64,000 nucleotides of DNA from Mobula hypostoma (lineage: Eukaryota), in the NCBI RefSeq assembly GCF_963921235.1, contig NC_086097.1, positions 98,024,001 to 98,088,000 on the forward strand, written 5' to 3'. Position 1 is the stretch's first letter; each line of letters begins with the position of its first letter. The notes under the pieces are model-generated. The model was not told where the DNA came from, did not search any database, and saw nothing but the letters and a program-made list of their open reading frames with translations. This document shows positions 22,521 to 35,166 of this stretch, piece after piece. The translations under genes and the position numbers were made by a program.

Positions 22521-24502
22521 GCAGAGAAGGAAATCAAACCATTGTCTCCCATACCATCACCACCACCCTTATCAACTCCAGAGACCATCCATCGTCAGCC
22601 ACAAAACTCATGATTCCCACACCCCGCACTGTTTGGTTTTACCTCCTCCCCAAGATCCACAAGCCTGACTGTCCCGGTAGACCCATAGTTTCAGCCGGAT
22701 CCTGCCCCACCGAACTTGTATCTGCCTTCCTGGACTCCATTTTATCTTCCATAGTTCAGTCCCTCCCCATCTACATCCGGGATACATCCCATGCCCTCCA
22801 CCTCTTCAATGACTTCCAGTTCCCTGATCCCCACCGCTTCATTTTCACTACGGATGTCCAATCCTTATACACTTCCATTTCCCATCAAGAAGGCCTCAAA
22901 GCCCTCTACTACTTTCTAGACAATAGATCTCACCAGTTCCCCACTACAACTACCCTCCTCCGGTTGGCGGAACTGGTACACACACTTAATAACTTCTCTT
23001 TACTTTCTTCAGACCAAGGGTGTAGCTTTGGGAACTCGCGTGGGCCTCAGCTATGCCTGCCTCTTCATTGGTTACGTGGAACAGACTATGCTCTAAACTT
23101 ATACTGGTACCGCTCCCCAACTTTTCCTTCGCTACATTGACGACTACATTGGTGCTGCTTCCTGCACCCATACTGAACTCGGCAATTTCATCAATTTTGC
23201 TTCTAACTTTCACCCAGCCCTCAAATTCACTTGGTCCATCTCGGACACTTCTCTCCCCTTTCTCGATCTCTCGGTCTCCATCTCTGGAGACAGACTGTCC
23301 ACTGACATCTTCTATAAGCCCACTGACTCTCATAACTACCTCGACTATACCTCTTCCCACCCTGCCACATGCAAAAATGCCATTCCCTATTCCCAGTTCC
23401 TCCATCTCCGCCACATCTGCTCCCAGGATGAGGGGTTCCATTCCAGGACATCTCAAATGTCCTCTTTCTTTAAGGATCATGGTTTCCCTTCTGCTGTCAT
23501 CAATGATGCCCTCACCCGCATCTCCTCTATTTCCCGCACTTCGGCCCTCACCCCATCCTCCCGTCACCACAACAGGGACAGAGTTCCCCTTGTCCTCACC
23601 TACCACTTCACCAGTCTCCAGATCCAGCACATTATCCTCTGCAACTTCCGCCATCTTCAACAGGACCCCACCACTAAGCACATCTTTCCCTCTCTACTTC
23701 TCTCCACTTTCTGCAGAGATCATTCCCTCCGCGACTCCCTGGTCCACACATCCCTCCCCACGGATCTCCCACCCGGCACTTACCCCTGCAATCCTAATTG
23801 CTACACCTGACCCTACACCTCCTCTCTCATCAGCATTTAGGGCCCCAAACAGACCTTCCAGGTGAGGCAACACTTCACTTGTGAGTCTGTTGGGGTCATC
23901 TATTGCAACCAGTGCTCACGGTGCGGCCTCCTCTACATCGGTGAGACCCGACGCAGATTGGGGGACCGCTTTGTCGAGCACCGCCACTCCGTCCGCCACA
24001 ACAGACAGGATCTCCCGGTTGCCACCCACTTCAACTCTGCTTCCCATTCGGATATGTCCATACATGGCCTCCTCTACTGCCATGATGAGGCCAAACTCAG
24101 GTTGGAGGAGCAACACCTCATATACCGTCTGGGTAGTCTCCAGTCCCTTGGCATGAACATTGTTTCACTCTGCCCCCTCCCCCAGCTGCCTATCACCTCC
24201 CTCATGGTTCCGCCTCCTTTTACGACCCATTGTGCTTTTCCTTGTTCCTTTTTCACCTCTCCTGCCTATCCCCTCCCCCACTCCTTGATCCCCCTTACTG
24301 GTTTTTCACCTGGAACCTACCAGCCTTCTCCTTCCCACCCTCCCCCCACCTTCTTTATAGGGCACCTGCCCCCTCCCTCTTCAGTCCTGACGAAGGGTTC
24401 CGGCCCGAAACGTTGACTGTTCGTTTCCACGGACGGTGCCCAACCTCCAGTGTGTTGTGAGTGTTGCTTTGACCCCAGCATCTGCAGAGTATTTTGTGTT
24501 TA
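22521..24502 (+). mobile_element. Inverted Penelope 3' half (RT, GIY-YIG, pLTR)
   Basis: FYLLPKIHKPDCPGRPIVS; YIDD; GIY-YIG ORF 23862..24416; pLTR ends ttttgtgttta at 24502. Confidence 0.92.
24382..24419 (+). ncRNA. Hammerhead ribozyme motif (Penelope pLTR)
   Basis: cagtc-CTGACGA-agggttccggccc-GAAA-cgtt-gactg. Confidence 0.75.
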
Positions 24503-24820
24503 CAAGAAACTATCAACCTCTGCAATAATATATCCAATGGCTTGGATTCCACAGATACACCACCCTCTGGCTAAAGAAATTCCTCCTCATCTCTGTTCTC
24601 AAGGGATTCTGAGGCTGTGCCTTCTGGTCCCAGACTCCCCAACTATAGGAATCATCCTCTCCACATCCACTCTATCTAGGCCTTCCAATTTTCGACAGGT
24701 TTCAATGAGATCCTCCATCATTCTTCTAAACTGCAGTGACTCCAGAGCCATCAAACGCTTCCCATATGTTAACCCTTTCATTCCTGGAATCATTCCCATG
24801 AACCTCCTCTGGGCCCTCTG
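24503..24820 (-). mobile_element. CR1 fragment, right half of the split target (continues 1590-1751)
   Basis: caagaaactatcaacctctgc...accaccctctggctaaagaaattcctcctcatctc; ORF 24599..24799 is the CR1 C-terminus. Confidence 0.78.
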
Positions 24821-25399
24821 AAAGGCCTTTGAGCATTTTAAATGTCACTGATTATCTGAAAATTGCTTCAGCGGATTTAGATTATTAAATTATTTTAATT
24901 TTGTTTAAGCATACCTCACAACATATTTAAGTGCTTGAAATTAAATAAAACAAAGAAAGATAAACAATCTACTGCCCGCATGTTTTCAGTTAAGATCAGT
25001 GACCACATTCGAATGAATGGGATCACAATACATACACCAGCTGTTGCTGGGGTAAGCTTGAGGGACCGGACACAAAGTGCATCCAGACCTTCAATATATC
25101 CAATGTGGAAGGTATGAGCTCAAGTTCATTCCCATCTGCTGTGTTGTCACACAGTTAGTCAATAATTCCCTTGGGAACTGTTGTCTGAAAGCTGGGTTGA
25201 TTTCCAAGTCAGGATATTGGTGCTGGTATTTGTATTGGATTAATATTGTCACATGTACTGAGGTACAGTGAAAAGCTTGTCTTGCATACTGGTCATACGC
25301 ATCAATTCATTACACAGTGCCTTGGGGTAGAATAAGGCAAAACAATAATGTTAGGATGTTGGGCTGTAGTATGATGGACTTCACTGTGCAGTTTGAGAA

Positions 25400-25950
25400 G
25401 AAGAAGCTAAAGTCAGATGTTTCAGTATGATAGTAGAGTAAGAGGAATCACAGAGGCATGAAAGGGGAGCTGGTCAAAGTTGACTGGAAGGGACACTGGC
25501 AGGAACAACACCAGAACAGCAACAGCTGCAGTTTCTGAGAGCAATTCGAAAGGATAGATGGATCCCAAAGATGAAGAAGTATTTTAAAGGGAGGATGAGA
25601 CAACTGTCACTGACAAGGGAAGTCAAACACAGCATAAAGACAAAAGAGAGAGTGCACACTATTTAGCAAAATTAGAGGGAAGTTAGAGGATTGGGAAGCT
25701 TAAAAGCCAACAGATGCCAACTGAAAAAGCAATAAAGAGAGAAAAGATGAAATATCAATGTAAGCTAAACAATAATGTAAAAAAAGGATACAAAAAGTTT
25801 TTTCAGATATGTGAAGAGTAAAAGAGGCAGGAGTGGATATTGGACCACTGGAAAATTATGCTAGAGAAGTAATAATGGAGGACAAAGAAATGGCAGATGA
25901 ACTGAATAATTATTTTACATCAGTTTTCACTGTGGAAGACACAAGCAGTT
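25400..25950 (+). mobile_element. Degraded CR1 fragment (APE-RT linker); appears to resume at ~30710
   Basis: IGPLEN..EVIMEDKEMADELNNYFTSVFTVED. Confidence 0.8.
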
Positions 25951-25951
25951 T

Positions 25952-27800
25952 GTCTCAGCTTGCTCCTGCCCCACCGAACTCATTTCTGCATACCTCGACA
26001 CTGTTTTATCCCTCCTTGTTCAATCCCTTCCTACCTATCTTCGTGACACTTTTCATGCTCTGAAACTTTTCGATGATTTTAAGTTACCTGGACCCCACCG
26101 CTTTATTTTCACCATGAATGTCCAGTCCCTATATACTTCCATCCCCCATCAGGAAGGTCTCAAAGCTCTCCACTTCTTTTTGGATTATAGACCTAACCAG
26201 TTCCCCTCTACCACCACTTTGTTCCGTCTAGTGGAATTAGTCCTTACTCTTAATAATTTCTCCTTTGGCTCCTCCCATTTCCTCCAGACTAAAGGTGTAG
26301 CTATGGGCACCCGTATGGGTCCCAGCTATGCCTGCCTTTTTGTTGGCTTTGTGGAACAATCTATGTTCCATGCCTATTCTGGTATCTGTCCCCCACTTTT
26401 CCTTCGCTACATCGACGACTGCATTGGCGCTGCTTCCTGCACGCATGCAGAGCTCGTTGACTTTATAAACCTTGCCTCCAACTTTCACCCTGCCCTCAAG
26501 TTTACCTGGTCCATTTCCAACACCTCCCTCCCCTCTCTAGATCTTTCTGTCTCTATCTCCGGAGACAGCTTATCTACTGATGTCTACTATAAGCCTACTG
26601 ACTCTCACAGCTATCTGGACTATTCCTCTTCTTACCCTGTCTCTTGCAAAAATGCCATCCCCTTCTCGCAATTCCTCCGTCTCTGCCACATCTGCTCTCA
26701 GGATGAGGCTTTTCATTCCAGGACAAAGGAGATGTCCTCCTTTTGTAAAGAAAGGGGCTTCCCTTCCTCCACTATCAACTCTGCTCTCAAACACACCTCT
26801 CCCATTTCACGCACATCTACTCTCACTCCATCCTCCCGCTGCCCCGCTAGGAATAGGGTTCTCCTTGTCCTCACCTACCACCCCACCAGTCTCCGGGACC
26901 AACATATAATTCTCCGTAACTTCTGCCACCTCCAACGGGATCCCACCAATAAGCACATCTTTCCCTCGCCCCCCCCCCACTTTCCGCAGGGATCCCCTTC
27001 TCCCTTCTCCATTCGTGCCCCCCATCCCTCCCCACCGATCTCCCTCCCGGCACTTATCCTTGTAAGCCGAACAAGTGCTACACATGCCCTTACACTTCCT
27101 CCCTCACTGCCATTCAGGGCCCCAGACAGTCCTTCCAGGTGAGGCGACACTTCGCCTGTGAGTCGGCTGGGGCGATATACTGCGTCCGGTGCTCTCAATG
27201 CGGCCTTCTATATATTGGCGAGACCCGACGCAGACTGGGAGACCGTTTTGCTGAACACCTATGCTCTGTCCGCCAGAGAAAGCAGGATCTCCCAGTGGCC
27301 ACACATTTTAATTCCACATCCCATTCCCGTTCTGAAATGTCTATCCACGGCCTCCTCTACTGTGAAGATGAAGCCACACTCAGGTTGGAGGAACAACACC
27401 TTATATTCCGTCTGGGTAGCCTCCAACCTGCTGGCATGAACACTGACTTCTCTAATTTCCGTTAATGCCCCACCTCTCCCTCGTACCCCATCCGTTATTT
27501 ATTTATTATATCTATGTATCTATATATATATATATTCTCTCTCTCTCCTTTTTCTCCCTCTGTCCCTCTCACTATACTCCTTGCCCATCCTTTGGGCTTC
27601 CCCCCTCCCCCTTTCTTTCTCCCTGGGCTTCCTGTCCCATGATCCTCTCATATCCCTTTTGCCAATCACCTGTCCAGCTCCTGGCTCCATCCCTCCCCCT
27701 CCTGTTTTCTCCCATCATTTTCGATCTCCCCCTTTCCCTCCCACTTTCAAATCTCTTACTTGCTCTTCTTTCAGTTAGTCCTGACGAAGGCTCTCGGCCC
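25952..27800 (+). mobile_element. Penelope-like element, second subfamily, 3' half; pLTR tail resumes at ~30639-30710
   Basis: ORF 26114..27142 (QTKGVAMGTRMGPSYA, YIDD) and 27139..27465 (GIY-YIG); hammerhead 5' half at 27776-27800. Confidence 0.92.
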
Positions 27801-30637
27801 GGCGGATGAGTTGAGGGCATGGATTGACATGTGGAATTATGATGTTGTAGCAATTAGTGAAACTTGGCTACAGGAGGGGCAGGACTGGCAGCTTAATATT
27901 TCAGGGTTCCGATGTTTCAGATGTGATCGAGGCAGAGGAATGAAAGGTGGGGGAGTAGCATTGCTTGTTAGGGAAAATATTACAGCAGTGCTCAGGCAGG
28001 ACAGATTAGAGGGCTTGTCTACTGAGTCCTTATGGGTGGAGCTGAGAAACAGGAAAGGTATGGCCACATTAGTGGGATTGTATTACAGACCACCCAATAG
28101 TCAACGAGACTTGGAAGAGCAAATCTGCAGAGAGATAGCAGGCAACTGCAGGAAACATAAAGTTGTGGTGGTAGGGGATTTTAATTTTCCATACATTGAT
28201 TGGGACTCTCATACTGTTAAGGGTCTAGATGGTTTAGAGTTTGTAAAATGTGTTCAGGAAAGTTTTCTAAATCAATATATAGAGGGACCAACTAGAGGGG
28301 ATGCAATATTGGATCTCCTGTTAGGAAACAAATTAGGGCAAGTGACAGAAGTCTGTGTAGGGGAGCACTTTGGTTCCAGTGATCATAACACCATTAGTTT
28401 CAATTTGATCATGGACAAGGATAGATCTGGTCCTAGGGTTGAGGTTCTGAACTGGAAGAAGGCCAAATTTGAAGAAATGAGAAAGGATCTAAAAAGCGTG
28501 GATTGGGACAGGTTGTTCTCTGGCAAAGATGTGATTGGTAGGTGGGAAGCCTTCAAAGGGGAAATTTTGAGAATGCAGAGTTTGTATGTTCCTGTCAGGA
28601 TTAAAGGCAAATTGAATAGGAATAAGGAACCTTGGTTCTCAAGGGATATTGCAACTCTGATAAAGAAGAAGAGGGAGTTGTATGAAATGTATAGGAAACA
28701 GGGGGTAAATCAGGTGCTTGAGGAGTATAAGAAGTGCAAGAAAATACTTAAGAAAGAAATCAGGAGGGCTAAAAGAAGACATGAGGTTGCCTTGGCAGTC
28801 AGCTGAAGGATAATCCAAAGAGCTTTTACAAGTATATTAAGAGTAAAAGGATTGTAAGGGATAAAATTGGTCCTCTTGAAGATCAGAGTGGTCGGTTTTG
28901 TGCAGAACCAAAGGAAATGGGGGAGATCTTAAATAGGTTTTTTGCGTCTGTATTTACTAAGGAAGCTGGCATGAAATCTATGGAATAGTGGGAATCAAGT
29001 AGTGAGACCATGGAAACTGTACAGATTGAAAAGGAGGAGGTGCTTGCTGTCTTGAGGAAAATTAAAGTGGATAAATCCCCGGGACCTGACAGAGTGTTCC
29101 CTCGGACCCAGAAGGAGACTAGTGTTGAAATTGCGGGGGCCCTGGCAGAAATATTTAAAATGTCGCTGTCTACGGGTGAAGTGCCGGAGGATTGGAGAGT
29201 GGCTCATGTTGTTCCGTTGTTTAAAAAAGGATCGAAAAGTAATCTGGGAAATTATAGGCCGGTGAGTTTAACGTCAGTAGTAGGTAAGTTATTGGAGGGA
29301 GTACTAAGAGACAGAATCTACAAGCATTTGGATAGACAGGGGCTTATTAGGGAGAGTCAACATCGCTTTGTGCGTGGTAGGTCATGTTTGACCAATCTGT
29401 TGGAGTTTTTCGAGGAGGTTACCAGAAAAGTGGATGAAGGGAAGGCAGTGGATATTGTCTACATAGACTTCAGTAAGGCCTTTGACAAGGTCCCGCATGG
29501 GAGGTTAGTTAGGAAAATTCAGTCGCTAGGTATACATGGAGAGGTGGTAAATTGGATTAGACATTGGCTCGATGGAAGAAGCCAGAGAGTGGTAGTAGAG
29601 CATTGCTTCTCTGAGTGGAGGCCTGTGACTAGTGGTGTGCCACAGGGATCAGTGCTGGGTCCATTGTTATTTGTCATCTATATCAATGATCTGGATGATA
29701 ATGTGGTAAATTGGATCAGCAAGTTTGCTGATGATACAAAGATTGGAGGTGTAGTAGACAGTGAGGAAGGTTTTCAGAGCCTGCAGAGGGACTTGGACCA
29801 GCTGGAAAAATGGGCTGAAAAATGGCAGATGCAGTTTAATACTGACAAGTATGAGGTATTGCACGTTGGAAGGACGAACCAACGTAGAACAAACAGGGTT
29901 AATGGTAAGGCACTGAGGAGTGCAGTGGAACAGAGGGATCTGGGAATACAGATACAAAACTCCCTAAAAGTGGCGTCACAGGTAGATAGGGTGGTAAAGA
30001 GAGCTTTTGGTACATTGGCCTTTATTAATCGAAGTATTGAGTATAAGAGCTGGAACGTTATGATGAGGTTGTATAAGGCATTGGTGAGGCCGAATCTGGA
30101 GTATTGTGTTCAGTTTTGGTCACCAAATTACAGGAAGGATATAAATAAGGTTGAAAGAGTGCAGAGAAGGTTTACAAGGATGTTGCCGGGACTTGAGAAA
30201 CTCAGTTACAGAGAAGGGTTGAATAGGTTAGGACTTTATTCCCTGGAGTGTAGAAGAATGAGGGGAGATTTGATACAGGTATATAAAATTATGATGGGTA
30301 TAGACAGAGTGAATGCAAGCAGGCTTTTTCCACTGAGGCAAGGGGAGAAAAAAAAACAGAGGACATGGGTCAAGGGTGAGGGGGGAAAAGTTTAAAGGGA
30401 ACATTAGGGGGGGCTTCTTCACACAGAGAGTGGTGGGAGTATGGAATGAGCTGCCAGAAGAGGTGGTAAATGCAGGTTCTTTTTAACATTGAAGAATAAA
30501 TTGGACAGATACATGGATGGGAGGTGTATGGAGGGATATGGTCCGTGTGCAGGTCAGTGGGACTAGGCAGAAAATGGTTCGGCACAGCCAAGATGGGCCA
30601 AAGGGCCTGTTTCTGTGCTGTAGTTTCTATGGTTCTA
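27801..30637 (+). mobile_element. CR1 LINE, nearly complete ORF2 (APE + RT), disrupted
   Basis: ORF 27760..28806 (ISETW, GDFN, SDH) and 29010..30395 (RT); ttctatgg tail. Confidence 0.95.
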
Positions 30638-30709
30638 TAAAACGTCGACTGTACCTCTTCCTGGAGATGCTGCCTGGCCTGCTGCATTCACCAGCAACTT
30701 TGATGTGTG

Positions 30710-32378
30710 CTGTCTGACAAATCTGTTCGAATTCATTGAGGAAATAACAGATAGGATAGACAAAGGAGAGCCCATGGATGTAGCTTGCTTTGATTTTTCA
30801 GAAGGCCTTGACAAGATGTCGCACATGACGCTGTTGAACAAGTTAAGAGCCTATGGTATTACAGGAAAGATAGTGGCTGACATACAGGGGGTAAAGAGTT
30901 GGAATAAAGAGAGCCTTTTCTGATTGGCTGGCATTGATTAGTGGTGCTCCACAGGGGTCAATGTTCTGCCCGCTTTTCACATTATATATAATGATTTGGA
31001 TGAGGGAACTGATGGCTTTGTGGTCAAGTTTGCAGATGATACAAAAGTAGATGGGTACTGTTAAGGAAGAAGGGAATCTGCAGAAGTACTTAGACAGATT
31101 AGGAGAATGGGCAAAGAAGTAGCAGATGGAATTGTGACGTACCCCGTAACTGGGTTGCCAAACCAGCAGAAATGGATCACTCAGTTGGAGTCTGGAGTAC
31201 TAAAACTAAGAAAGTTTTATTAAAGAAACAAGCAACACAGTAATCGAAAGGATAATAAATGCAACAGTTCAGCGATGATAAACACACATGTGCACAGAAT
31301 TAAGATAACAGCATCAATCAAGCTCTATCGTTGTCTAGGGGTAAATGACCAAATTTCAAAGTGACTCAAAGTTCAGTCCAGTTTAGTAGTTCAGTTCGCA
31401 GTAATCGTTGCCATGGCGATGGACAACGTGGGGGGAGAGAGAGAGGGAACAGGAACAACTGATCATTCAGACATGGCTTCACTCACAGACCGACGATATG
31501 GCTCACAACAGCTTTTTGGGCAGGTCCTTGGTGATGTCACCTGAGGGCACCGACTGTGACCCCTCCTCCAGATGCGGTCGATCCTCTGCAGTGAACCCGG
31601 CACCCAGGCAAGGGCGGACACACACCGGGTTCCCGCTGATCGTACCTTTCCACCCTGGCCGTTGTCTGGTACTTCCCACCGACTCGTGAGAAGCGTACCG
31701 CTTCCAGGGTCTCGTTACCTCGGGTGGCGTGTGTGTTGCCTTAGCAAACCGGTCCCTTTTTATCCCCCTGCTGGGGTATCGCCTGTCCATCACTTCAAAC
31801 AGTTCAAGGTTCAAAGGGGGGAGCCGCTCCAGACAGCTCTCTCTCCCCCGTCCCTTCATTACACATCTCCAGACGCTGCTCCATTGTTCCTTATCTCTCC
31901 TTCCCCTGAGGGCAGGTGGCAGGCCACTTGCTGATGTCACTGATGCTAACCCAGGCCAGCAAACATCTTAATTTTATGTGTATTCTCGTCACAGAATATT
32001 ATGTTGGGAAATGTATGATCATGCACTTTAGTGAAAGGAATAAAGGGATAAACTATTTTCTACGTGGAGAAAAAATTCAGAAATCAGAGGTGCAAAGGGA
32101 CTTAGGAGACCTCATGCAAGATTCTGTAAATGTTAACTTGCAGGTTGAGTTGTTTGTTATGTCTCCCCTCTCGCAGTTTAGAAGAATGAGGAGGGATCCC
32201 ATTGAAACCTATCAAACATTGGAAGGCCAAGATAGAGTAGATGTAGAGAGGTTATTTCTTATAGTAGGGGGAGTCTAGGACAAGTAGGCGCAGCCTCAGA
32301 GTAGAGAATGTCCATTTAAAACAGAGATGAGGAGGAATTTCTTGAGCCAGAGAGTGGTGAATCTGTGGAATTTATTGA
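30710..32378 (+). mobile_element. Degraded CR1 RT fragments interrupted by a solo LTR
   Basis: CLTNLFEF..; VGKCMIMHF..EVQRDLG. Confidence 0.8.
31133..31993. mobile_element. Solo LTR (861 bp), probably Gypsy-type
   Basis: TGTGACG...CGTCACA termini; 4-bp TSD GAAT (31129-31132, 31994-31997); CR1 coding sequence continues across it. Confidence 0.88.
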
Positions 32379-33199
32379 CCCATTAACCCAGTTCTTAACA
32401 TACCACAGGCTCTCTCTCCCCCTAATAAGGGAAAAAGAGGTGTCTCTGTTTGACAACAAAGAGGGGAGACTTAACAAACAACTCACTGATTTACGATGTT
32501 AAAAGTCTGTTGCGTCGCTTTTTCCAAACTCTGTGCCCAAAGATCTCAGGTCTCAGGGCACACAGCCAGAGATCTTCCGTCTCCCACAACACTCCGATTT
32601 CCTGCAGAGGCACCGACCTCCAGTCTGCCCGCCTCCAGAGCCACAAAATCCCAAAATTCCGAAGGCACGCTAATCTCGGCCGCGTCCTTGACATACCAAA
32701 TAGCAGCCAGTCGTGAGTCCCCGAGAGAGGATCCCATTCCCACAAAGAACCGATGTCAGCGTGTAACTCCAGGTCAGGGTCTTCAAAAGAACCCTGAAAG
32801 GGAAAAATAGGGATATTAAAGGTAGGATTAGAGCTGTTTGTGAAGATGCAAGCAAAGGAGTTGCCGTTAGGCACCATTGGCTTCTGGTCTTGTGATCTTT
32901 GATGGCAGTGAGAGGGACAAGGGGAGGGGCTTAAGGACCACTATCTGCGGCACGGTCACCCGCCATGCACTGCTCAACCTTTGCAGCATGGGTCGACTGC
33001 CAGAGTCCAAAAAATAAACACATCAGGGAATAATGAGAGGTGCAAGTTCTGGCTGTGTGTGGACCAAACACTGCTGCTCTTTCATTACTGTTGAGTCTAC
33101 ATCTATCACCAGCACCTTGTCAATGGCCACAAACAACACACGAGAAATGCTGGTTCAATGTGGCAATTAAATTTTCAATCTCTCACTGCTACAGTCGGA

Positions 33200-34620
33200 A
33201 GTTCCCACCTGCTTCTAAAAGACAACAGTTATACCAGTGCCCAAGAAGAGAAGTGTGAGCTGCCTTATTGACTATCACCCAGTGGCACTCACATCTACGG
33301 TGATGAAATGCTTTGAGAGGTTGGTCATGGCTGGAATGAACTCCTGCCTCAGCAAGGACCTGGACCCACTGCAATTTGCAAATCAGCACAATAGGTCTAT
33401 AGCAGACACAATCTCAATGGCTCTGCACACTGCCTTAGATCTCCTGGACAATACAAACACCTATGTCAGGATGCTGTTCATTGACTATAGCTCAGCATTT
33501 AACACCAGCATTCCCACAGTCCTGAGCAGTAAGCTACAAAACCTGGGCCTCTGTACCTCCTTCTGTAATTGGATCCTCAACTTCCTAATCAAGACCACTG
33601 TCTGTGTTAATTGGTGCTAACATCTCCTCCTCGCTGACGATCAACACTGGTGCACTTTGGGTGTGTGCTTAGCCCACTACTCTACTCTCTCTGTACCAAT
33701 GACTAAGGCAAGGCATAGCTCAAATACCATCCTTCAGTTTGCTGATGATACAACCATTGTTGGTAGAATCTCAGATGGAGATGCGTGGGCTCACAGGAGC
33801 GAGATATACCAGCTAGTTGAGCAGTGTGGCAGCAACAACCTTGCACTCAATGTCAGGAAGATGAAAAAGCTGATTGTAGACTTTAGAAACAGGAAGATGA
33901 GGAAACAAACCAACCCTCATAGAGGGATCAGAAGTGAAGAGAGTGAGCAATTTCAAATTACTGGGTGTCAAGATCTCTAAGGATCTAACCTGGTCCCAAC
34001 ATATTGATGCAGCTGGAAAGAAGACAAGATGCGGCTATATTTCATTAGGGGTTTGAGGAGGTTCAGTTCGTCACCTAAAACACTCAAAAACTTCTACAGA
34101 TGTACTACGGATAGCATTTTGACAAGCTGAATCACTGTCTGATATGGGGGCGGGGGAGGGTGCTACTGCACAAGAACAAAAGAAGCTACAGAAAGTTGGA
34201 AAACTATTCAGCTCCATCGTGGGGACTAGTCTCTGTAGTACCTAAGATAGCTTCAAGGAGCAGTGCCTCAGAAAGGCAACGTCCATTAGTAAGGACCCCC
34301 ATCACCCAGGACGTGCCCACTTCTCATAGTTACTGTCAGGAAGGAGGTACAGGAGCCTGAAGGCACACACTCAGTGAATCAGGACATCTTCTTCCCCTCT
34401 GCTATATGATTCCTAAATGGACATTGAACCCATAAACACTAACTTACTTTTTTTAATATATATTACTTCAGTTTTTGCACAACTTTAAGTCCATTCAATA
34501 TTCATAGATATACTTACTGTAATTGATTTATTTTTTCTATCTCTGTTATCATGTATTGCATTGTACTGCTGTTGCTAAGTTAACAAATTTCATGACACAT
34601 GCCAGTGATAATAAACCTGA
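33200..34620 (+). mobile_element. Rex1/Babar-type LINE 3' fragment
   Basis: [50 protein letters not shown]; aataaacctgattc tail. Confidence 0.85.
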
Positions 34621-35166
34621 TTCAAATAATTTTTAAAAAATATATAAAACTAAACAATCATTGGGAGTAAGCAATATCACAGGACAAAAGAACTGGTACT
34701 ACATCTTTCGTTGGAAATTATACAAGTTCGTAAGTCTCCTTTATAAGTGATCTGACGTTCTCAACCAAGGTGCAAAGACAATAACAAAGGAGATTGGTAC
34801 AATATTAGTTGGAATGTGTTAGATTGTCTTCTCCAATCAAAGAATGAATAATCCCTTTGTCATTGATGTGCACATTTAACATACACTTTCTATAATTACA
34901 CCAGAGAGGTGAATGCGTGGTACACAGTGAACTTTACATTTCTTGCAGCCCTCCAGATATCAAACAGTTAATATTGTGCCTCCCATTCTCTCTAAGCATG
35001 AGAGAATGCTTAACATACTAAGCAAAAACTCACTGTAAAATAACACCATTTTTGTAACCTGAGGAGCACTAACTTTCAAACCAAGCAACCTTGCAGAAAT
35101 TGACTGTGAACCACTCATAGACTGACTCCTTTCTCTAACCCTCAGAATATCAATCAATACAATACA

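Noticed and set aside
24969..25112. Possible exon (ttttcag ... gtaagc/gtatga)
   Set aside because: Splice-like signals are present but the translation resembles neither PLC nor any protein I recognise.
32380..32990. GC-richer segment with overlapping ORFs
   Set aside because: Probably the non-coding end of a LINE-derived repeat; no recognisable protein and the family could not be assigned.
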